A DNA stretch of 64,000 nucleotides, from NCBI GenBank assembly GCA_013177895.1, contig JABLXV010000002.1, positions 1,285-65,284 of the forward strand, in the 5' to 3' direction. How positions within the stretch are numbered: the first letter of the stretch is position 1; every line of letters begins with the position of its first letter. Source of the DNA: Brevinematales bacterium. GTDB taxonomy: Bacteria > Spirochaetota > Brevinematia > Brevinematales > GWF1-51-8. Below the pieces are notes generated by a model. It was not told the origin of the DNA and did no database searches. It saw only the letters and a program-made list of their open reading frames with translations. Below, in pieces: positions 53,572-64,000 of this stretch. Position numbers and translations under genes: made by a program.

Positions 53572-54114
53572 CTATTTTTCCGTAATCGGCTTGATAGTCT
53601 TGACGATCTCGAGCGCCCTCGCAATCGTCTCATCATAGTTGTTTTCGTTCAGTTCGAACTTGATCTGGTACACGCCCGTGGAGGTCTTCAGGATAATAAG
53701 CGTCCCCTTCATCTTGTCGTCTCCGCTCATATAGGTATATTCCTTCATAACGGAGGGCAGCCCGTTTAACGGTTCGGAGGAGCTTTTCAGCACAGTCACC
53801 TTATTATAATTTTTAGGCGGATGCCCCCCGTAAACCGCGTCGCGGAATTCATCGCTGTAATACGCCTGAGCCTTCGCCCAATCCTGCGTCTTGTAAAATT
53901 TTGTAATAGCCAGAGTCCCGTTCATAAACACGATAGTGAGGGAATCCTCGAACTGGTCAAGGTAGGAATATTTTTTATCGATAAATACGGAAAATCCCGC
54001 CGAGACCATTTTGTAAACCCCGTTACCTGGGATAGTAACCACATCCTGGCATCGATACTGCGCGGCAAACCCGGTATTCAGCATCATAAGCAGGGATAAA
54101 ATCAGCGTTTTCAT
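53572..54114 (-). CDS. Hypothetical secreted protein
   Basis: The internal ATG 54114 has GAAGGAGG upstream and gives the signal peptide MKTLILSLLMMLNTGFAA. The track ORF extends to 54222. Confidence 0.55.
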   Translation of the reverse strand: MKTLILSLLMMLNTGFAAQYRCQDVVTIPGNGVYKMVSAGFSVFIDKKYSYLDQFEDSLTIVFMNGTLAITKFYKTQDWAKAQAYYSDEFRDAVYGGHPPKNYNKVTVLKSSSEPLNGLPSVMKEYTYMSGDDKMKGTLIILKTSTGVYQIKFELNENNYDETIARALEIVKTIKPITEK

Positions 54115-54369
54115 ACCGCCTCCTTCGTCTGATACGATAATATTAACACTATCCGGGCGTTTCCGCAAGGGGAGAGGAAAATATCCGCGTACCCGGATAA
54201 TTTGACAACCAGCCTCCCGCATATTAATCTATACCCCGTGAATAATCGGCGACTCCTCCGAATCGAAGCAGTATTTTATTAAAGCGGACGACCTGGGATT
54301 TGCGCCGGCGGCCGAGCGGCTGAAGAATTTCTCGGATACTTATTAATTTTTACACCCGAGGGGAAAACC

Positions 54370-54939
54370 ATGAACAGGACAATCTGCGTATTCGCGTCAT
54401 CCAGCGACCATGTATCGGAAATCTACTATAAAAAAGCCGCCGAACTCGGCGGGATGATCGCGCACGAGGGGGACTGCCTCATCTTCGGCGCGGGCGAGAT
54501 CGGCCTGATGGGCGAATTGGGGCGCGCGGTAAAAACGCGGGGCGGCAGGGTCATCGGGGTCATCCCAGAAGTCCTCAACCGCAAGGGCATCGTATTCGAG
54601 AATCCCGATGAACTGATCGTCACCCCCACGATGGGCGAGCGCAAGCAGATTATGGAAGACCGCGCCGACGCGTATATCGGATTGCCCGGCGGGTTCGGCA
54701 CTCTCGAGGAGATTATCGAGGTCATCACCCTCAAGCAGCTCGGGTATCATAACAAGCCTATCGTCCTGTTGAATACCAACGGGTTCTACGACAGCCTGCA
54801 CGACCTGTTCGACGAACTATTCCGGGAACGGTTTATCGACGAGGTATTCCGCGACCTGTATTCTATTGCCGGCGAACCCCGCGAGGCGATGGATTACCTG
54901 AACGGCTACCGCCCGAGGGAGTACGCAAGCAAGGTTTAA
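54370..54939 (+). CDS. LOG-family (TIGR00730) nucleotide phosphoribohydrolase-like protein
   Basis: FGAGEIGLMG and GLPGGFGTLEEI are the LOG-family motifs. Length 189 aa. Confidence 0.8.
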   Translation: MNRTICVFASSSDHVSEIYYKKAAELGGMIAHEGDCLIFGAGEIGLMGELGRAVKTRGGRVIGVIPEVLNRKGIVFENPDELIVTPTMGERKQIMEDRADAYIGLPGGFGTLEEIIEVITLKQLGYHNKPIVLLNTNGFYDSLHDLFDELFRERFIDEVFRDLYSIAGEPREAMDYLNGYRPREYASKV

Positions 54940-54956
54940 CACATCACCTTAATATT

Positions 54957-54985
54957 TTGATAAATCGGCGGGGATATGCTATAAT
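54957..54985 (+). promoter_or_regulatory. Near-consensus sigma70 promoter for tRNA-Gly
   Basis: TTGATA (54957-54962), 17-nt spacer, TATAAT (54980-54985). Lies 15 nt upstream of the tRNA 5' end. Confidence 0.7.
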
Positions 54986-55000
54986 ATTCCAATGAATAAT

Positions 55001-55072
55001 GCGGGAATAACTCAGTGGTAGAGTACTAGCTTCCCAAGCTGGGAGTCGCGGGTTCAAATCCCGTTTCCCGCT
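55001..55072 (+). tRNA. tRNA-Gly (anticodon CCC)
   Basis: Cloverleaf folded by hand. Acceptor GCGGGAA/TTCCCGC, anticodon stem CTAGC/GCTGG with loop TTCCCAA, and T-arm GCGGG-TTCAAAT-CCCGT. CCA is not encoded. Confidence 0.9.
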
Positions 55073-55148
55073 CATACGCCTCCGTAAGGGGGCGTTTTTA
55101 TTTGGTGGACACCTGATAAAAGGATTCAAATAATCCGAGGAGCCGTTT

Positions 55149-55553
55149 ATGCCGTTAGTAAAAATCTCCCTGCGCGATACGAACCCCGCCGCCGCGAGCC
55201 GCGATGCCAAAAAGAAACTCCTCGATATCATTCATGCCACACTCGTCGAGGTGTTTAAAATCCCCGATTTCGACCGTTTCCAGCGCCTCGAGATATACTC
55301 CCCCGACGATTTCGAACTCCCGTCGAACAGGACTCCCGACGCGATCCTGATCGAGATCACCGCGTTCCCGGGTCGGACTACCGATACCAAGAAGAAACTC
55401 TACCGGAGCGTTGTCGACAGGATCCACGCAGGGTTCGGTATCCCCGTGAACGATATAACAATCGTCATCTACGAACCGGGGCTCGAATGCTGGGGAATCC
55501 GCGGAGGGCAGACCGCCGCCGAGGTGGACATGGGGTTCGACCTCAAGGTATAA
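55149..55553 (+). CDS. Tautomerase-superfamily protein (Pro-1 type)
   Basis: Starts MPLVKISL, with Pro after the initiator Met as in 4-OT/tautomerase families. Length 134 aa. Confidence 0.6.
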   Translation: MPLVKISLRDTNPAAASRDAKKKLLDIIHATLVEVFKIPDFDRFQRLEIYSPDDFELPSNRTPDAILIEITAFPGRTTDTKKKLYRSVVDRIHAGFGIPVNDITIVIYEPGLECWGIRGGQTAAEVDMGFDLKV

Positions 55554-55648
55554 CAATTCCTAACTCATTTCCCGATAACTAATTCCTTTCCAATGTAAAA
55601 CCTTTCGCGAATCTTCCGATATTTATAGTGTGAAAAAAGGGAGGGATT

Positions 55649-56050
55649 ATGACCGAATCCCTGAAACTGACGACGACATTCCGCGCGACGGAAAAAGAAG
55701 TATACGAGGCATGGATGGATAGTAAGCTGCATTCGGAGATGACCGGGGGCGCGGCGGAAATCGATCCGAAAGTCGGCGGGAAGTTCACCGCATGGGACGG
55801 CTATATCCGGGGCGAGACTGTCGAGCTCGAACCTTACAGCCGGATCGTCCAGCTCTGGCGTACCGAGGATTTTGATGAGAAAGACCCTTTTTCAAGGATA
55901 GAGATACTTTTGACCGGTACGGACGAAGGAACCGAATTCGTCCTGATACACGATAATATTCCCGCCGGACAGATGGAAGACTATCTCGAAGGGTGGAACG
56001 ACTATTACCTCGACCCGATGCACGACTATTTTTCGAACAGGAGTAAATAA
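55649..56050 (+). CDS. SRPBCC / AHSA1-domain protein
   Basis: ATEKEVYEAWMDSKLHSEMTGG...GGKFTAWDGYIRGETVELEPYSRIVQLWR matches the Aha1-like (PF08327-type) pattern. Confidence 0.7.
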   Translation: MTESLKLTTTFRATEKEVYEAWMDSKLHSEMTGGAAEIDPKVGGKFTAWDGYIRGETVELEPYSRIVQLWRTEDFDEKDPFSRIEILLTGTDEGTEFVLIHDNIPAGQMEDYLEGWNDYYLDPMHDYFSNRSK

Positions 56051-56832
56051 TGCGGAAAGTTTTTATCATATTTTCATTCATGCTCATCAGCGGTGCGTCC
56101 CTGTTCCCGAAATTCCTCAAACCGGGGTATTATGTCCCGAAGATGCTGGCTATCCCCGCCTACTCGGCATACCTCGCGCCGAACGACCAGTACAACCCGC
56201 ATAAAATCTTCCCGATAGGGTGGTCGCGCGACGGCAAGTTCGCCTACGCGGTACTCCGCGATTGGGACGACGCTATCGGAAACGTCATCCACTTTCAGTT
56301 TATCATACAGGACATGATCGACAATCAAGCGCTGTGGAAATTCCAGTTGACCTACGATCTCGAGATTCCTAAAGAGTACCAGCTTTACCAGACACTGAGC
56401 GACGGGACGAAAAAGTATATCGGGGTGGAAACCCTTTTCAGGATGATATGGAATAAGAATCAGAAGGTATTTATCGCGAAACTGACAAAGTACCAGATCA
56501 ACCAGGATAAGCAGGTGATGAAGCAGTTCCCGATCGCGTATAATAAGGATGTAATCGACTGCGGGATGAATCTCGGAAACCAGGCCGGAGTGTCCCAAGG
56601 TCAGCCGATCGATCTCGCGGTTACTATGGTATCGTTGAAAAACGGGTTGAAGAACGTATGGGGCTTAAAGGGCGTCAAGGCATACGGCGGTAAGGTGGAA
56701 GGCTACTTCGCCGGGCCGCTGAACGAATATATCGCGGTAGTCATATCGAAATATGTCCCGAGCTACGCGGGGTATCCTGTCGAGGTCGTTCCGGTTATCC
56801 AGGGCGCCAGCATCGAGCAGGGCTTTAAGTAG
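56050..56832 (+). CDS. Hypothetical secreted protein (260 aa)
   Basis: Signal-like MRKVFIIFSFMLISGASLF. The start overlaps the upstream stop (TAATG). Confidence 0.5.
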   Translation: MRKVFIIFSFMLISGASLFPKFLKPGYYVPKMLAIPAYSAYLAPNDQYNPHKIFPIGWSRDGKFAYAVLRDWDDAIGNVIHFQFIIQDMIDNQALWKFQLTYDLEIPKEYQLYQTLSDGTKKYIGVETLFRMIWNKNQKVFIAKLTKYQINQDKQVMKQFPIAYNKDVIDCGMNLGNQAGVSQGQPIDLAVTMVSLKNGLKNVWGLKGVKAYGGKVEGYFAGPLNEYIAVVISKYVPSYAGYPVEVVPVIQGASIEQGFK

Positions 56833-56886
56833 TATATAAACTATCTGCAATGACCACAGGAAATCATTTCTAATAGAATTCCTTTT

Positions 56887-58377
56887 TTATAATGCAACAT
56901 CCTCTTTTTTATGGATCGATTTATCCTTAAAAAACTGTATATCTATATTTCGTGCAAAAATAGATATCCCGAATGTCAGAACCCCTATTCTTCCGATGAA
57001 CATAATCAAAGTAATAATTATTTTCGATGCATCCGAAAGGCTCGAGGTAATACCCAGGCTCAAACCGACAGTCCCCAAACCCGACGCGGTTTCAAAAATC
57101 AGGCTGAGAAAGTCTTTTTTCGGTTCGGAAAAAGTGAGGAGGAATACCCCGATGAACAGGATACCAAAATAGGAAATAAACGTTGTCACCGCAGTCCAAA
57201 TCCGGTAATCGGGAATAACATTTTTGAAAAATGAAATTTTTTGCGCCCCGCGCAGTTTGCTCTTCAGAATCGCGAATATCGCGGAGAAAGTAGTGGTTTT
57301 TAACCCTCCCCCTGTACCCGACGGAGACGCCCCTACAATCATCAGAAACCAAAGTACAATAATCGACGACATTGAAAGATTCCCCATCGAGAACGAATCG
57401 AAACCCGCGGTTGACATAGCGTTCACACTTTGAAAAAGAGAGATAAACAAACGGTCGATCACCGGAAATCCGGCGATTTTCGGCTCCGTAAAAAATATGA
57501 TCAAAGTTCCGACGATAGTGCCTGTAAAAGTAATAAAGAGAATAATTTTACTGGTCAGGGTGATCTTTTTTACCTTTCCGCGAATCCTGTAAAATAAATC
57601 GGTTATCACAATGAAACCGATTGCCCCGATATAAGTAAGAATCAGGATAACGATATTCATTGCATAGTTATTATAGAATCCTTCCATACTATTGTTGTAT
57701 AGACCGAATCCCGCGGTACAAAAGGCGGAAATGCTATGAAAAATCGCGCTCCAGACGCTATCGTTAATCCCCTGAGAAAGTAGAATGAGGTAGATTGCAA
57801 TCGCCCCGATAAATTCGATGATAAAAGTAAAAACTATGATATTTTTTATAAGAATCCCGACCGAAAACCCTTCCGGTAACGGGTACTCGTTTTCAAGGAT
57901 TCTCTGCCGTATTTCAGAAATAGATTTTCCACTGAATATGACAATAAACGAACCGAAAGCCATATAGCCAATTCCGCCCAGCTGTATGAGTATCAGGATA
58001 ATTAACTGACCGAAGAAAGTATAACTATCCGAAACACTGACCGTTGTCAATCCGGTTGTCGATACGGCTGAGGTGGCTATGAATGAATTATCGATGAATC
58101 CTACAGGTACCTTTTGCGCGAATGGAAGGCTGAGTAAACCTACTCCAATCAAAATGTAACTTAAAAAGCCTAGAAGAATGATTCTTTCCGTTCGGAATTT
58201 TGAAATTCTCTTTTTACCGCTGTTAAAAATCGCTTTTATCGTACCGGCCAATTTCCTGAAGAATTTTTTCACAATCGTCTCCATGATAAAGGATGGGTGC
58301 ATCAACACCCATATTTTTTGGAGTATTATACAGCCGAAAAATAATTTCGTAAAGAAATATTTATATTCCGGGAACAT
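56887..58377 (-). CDS. TrkH/KtrB-family potassium transporter membrane subunit
   Basis: Four pore-loop motifs: SAVSTTGLTT, SAFCTAGFGL, NAMSTAGFDS and SGLGTVGLSLG. The start is uncertain, with alternatives at 58302 or 58284. Confidence 0.8.
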   Translation of the reverse strand: MFPEYKYFFTKLFFGCIILQKIWVLMHPSFIMETIVKKFFRKLAGTIKAIFNSGKKRISKFRTERIILLGFLSYILIGVGLLSLPFAQKVPVGFIDNSFIATSAVSTTGLTTVSVSDSYTFFGQLIILILIQLGGIGYMAFGSFIVIFSGKSISEIRQRILENEYPLPEGFSVGILIKNIIVFTFIIEFIGAIAIYLILLSQGINDSVWSAIFHSISAFCTAGFGLYNNSMEGFYNNYAMNIVILILTYIGAIGFIVITDLFYRIRGKVKKITLTSKIILFITFTGTIVGTLIIFFTEPKIAGFPVIDRLFISLFQSVNAMSTAGFDSFSMGNLSMSSIIVLWFLMIVGASPSGTGGGLKTTTFSAIFAILKSKLRGAQKISFFKNVIPDYRIWTAVTTFISYFGILFIGVFLLTFSEPKKDFLSLIFETASGLGTVGLSLGITSSLSDASKIIITLIMFIGRIGVLTFGISIFARNIDIQFFKDKSIHKKEDVAL

Positions 58378-58456
58378 TAGTTTTTTATTCGCTTGAGATG
58401 TATTATGCCTTTTTCAATGGGGAATATTTACAGATTGTCGATTGATTAGCCGGCAA

Positions 58457-59038
58457 TCATTTTTTCAAATTCATCCGGCTATATCTTTTTTGAAATACGC
58501 TTTCTTCAGGATTCATTTCTTTCATACCTTCGATAATAGTATTAACATTTTCCTCATTCGTATTCGAATGGGTATTCACTTCGATATCATATCCGCTCCA
58601 TGTGTGTATCCCATCCTCGATATGCGATTTCCCCTCGCCTATTCGCCGATTACCGCGTTTATGTTCTCTCCGTTCGATTTCTTCAACAGGGCATATCACA
58701 CCTATATAAAATACGTGGTATGGATTCAATAATGTCACCAGTTCATCGAACCATGACGCATATTCGACAATATGCTCGACCAACAGGTATATTCCCGAGG
58801 CGGCAAACCCGGCGATTGATCTATGAAAGCCGTCAAAGAATTTCGGGCGCAGTATATTCCATGACCACCAGGTATCATTGTTCACTCTATCCACATTCGG
58901 CAGCATCCCGGAATCCGCCAGCAGATCGGAGCTAAAGTAAAAGTATGGCATTTCTAATTTCTTTCTCAGCTCTATCGCGAGGGTACTTTTCCCTGAACTG
59001 GAAGCGCCGTTTAACAGGATTATCTGGGGAAATTGCAT
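58457..59038 (-). CDS. P-loop kinase, chloramphenicol-phosphotransferase-like family
   Basis: MQFPQIILLNGASSSGKSTLA (Walker A). ATG 59038 has GGAGG upstream. The track ORF extends to 59071. Confidence 0.6.
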   Translation of the reverse strand: MQFPQIILLNGASSSGKSTLAIELRKKLEMPYFYFSSDLLADSGMLPNVDRVNNDTWWSWNILRPKFFDGFHRSIAGFAASGIYLLVEHIVEYASWFDELVTLLNPYHVFYIGVICPVEEIERREHKRGNRRIGEGKSHIEDGIHTWSGYDIEVNTHSNTNEENVNTIIEGMKEMNPEESVFQKRYSRMNLKK

Positions 59039-59232
59039 AAAGCCTCCAATAATATAAATTACGCGAAACAAAAACCCCTCCGGTGTACCCGAAGGGGTAA
59101 TGTATTATAAAGACGGACCTCGCGACATCTCGACAGGCTCGATACAGGCACCTACCCCCTCCGCTTCGCTTCGGGGACTTCGTTTCTCTTCGAGAAACTC
59201 AGCTTTCCCGCATTGACTAATATCACCCCCGC

Positions 59233-59266
59233 GAAACAAAAACCCCCTGCGTAAACAGGGGGTTTT
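59233..59266 (-). terminator. Rho-independent terminator of the rrn operon
   Basis: On the minus strand: aaaaccccctg-tttacg-cagggggtttt followed by tgtttcg, 13 nt after the 5S 3' end. Confidence 0.75.
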
Positions 59267-59278
59267 AAATAATAAAGA

Positions 59279-59391
59279 CGGACCTCGCGACACCTACTTT
59301 CCCGCAAAAGCAGTATCATCGGCGACAGCGGGCTTAACTTCCGGGTTCGGAATGGGACCGGGTGTGACCCCGCCGCTATGGTCGCGAGGAA
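59279..59391 (-). rRNA. rrf: 5S ribosomal RNA
   Basis: Minus strand reads CCTCGCGACCATAGCGGCGGGGTCACACCCGGTCCCATTCCGAACCCGGAAGTTAAGCCC...GTAGGTGTCGCGAGG. Helix I pairing and the loop A/C consensus are present. Confidence 0.9.
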
Positions 59392-59483
59392 AAAAGACGG
59401 AGAACAAGGAGTTCTCGAAAATGGGAGATATTAATTAATGTTGCATCGCCATATAAAAAAAGCGAAGGGAGGGAAGAAAAGAG

Positions 59484-62366
<2,883 letters not shown>

Positions 62367-62501
62367 CTTCTCTCCCTCACCTTCGTACTATTACCTAAAT
62401 TAATACAAATATAACATTTTTGTCTTATAAAAAAATAGTGAGTGGGAAGGAGAAGGTTTGAAAATGGTTGATTGAGTTTTTTCTCCCTATGTAAAAAAAA
62501 T

Positions 62502-64000
<1,499 letters not shown>

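Noticed and set aside
54944-55231. 95-aa minus-strand ORF
   Set aside because: It runs antisense across the tRNA-Gly gene and its promoter and into the tautomerase gene start, so it is an artefact.
59105-59293. 62-aa ORF beginning and ending with MSRGPSL
   Set aside because: It is created by the duplicated 5S-3'-end/terminator module and overlaps the 5S gene and the rrn terminator.

Overview
64-kb window from a moderately GC-rich bacterial chromosome. The 16S segment GCAGCAGCCAAGAATATTCCGCAATGG looks spirochaete-like, but this is low-confidence and needs a SILVA or BLAST check. 1-33.6 kb is core genome: a partial GyrB/ParE, a secreted HExxH protein, LacI with two secreted GH31 alpha-glucosidases, and a TetR-TPR-MMPL/RND-LolA-like-beta-barrel envelope operon. 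It also holds pfk, fabD-fabZ, pyrD plus a DUF362/ferredoxin gene, a decayed GNAT gene, an MFS transporter, and a SigH-like sigma factor followed by an Mla-like ABC set. 33627-52178 is a complete 18,552-bp Tn7-like transposon. It carries tnsA-tnsB-tnsC-tniQ plus a coupled fifth 535-aa gene, has asymmetric TnsB-type end repeats, and is flanked by a perfect 5-bp duplication GCGGG. It sits 20 bp downstream of the purU stop codon, inside an 87-bp tandem-repeat array. Its roughly 10-kb cargo is a mosaic of three defence-like modules separated by gene remnants. Module A is DUF3800 plus a frameshifted nucleotidyl-cyclase-like gene, and is the best candidate for an undescribed system. Module B is a five-gene operon of Dcm, a GHKL ATPase, an Mrr-nuclease/SF2-helicase fusion, a 189-aa unknown and Vsr. 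Module C is an HNH nuclease, a 141-aa unknown and a DUF2158 protein. 52.2-64 kb holds purU, lipoproteins, a LOG-family gene, tRNA-Gly(CCC), a tautomerase-family gene, an SRPBCC gene, TrkH/KtrB and a CPT-like kinase. It ends with an rrn operon (5S-23S-16S on the minus strand; the 16S 5' end is cut by the window edge). No CRISPR array or cas genes were seen. All family assignments come from motif reading by eye, since no searches could be run.
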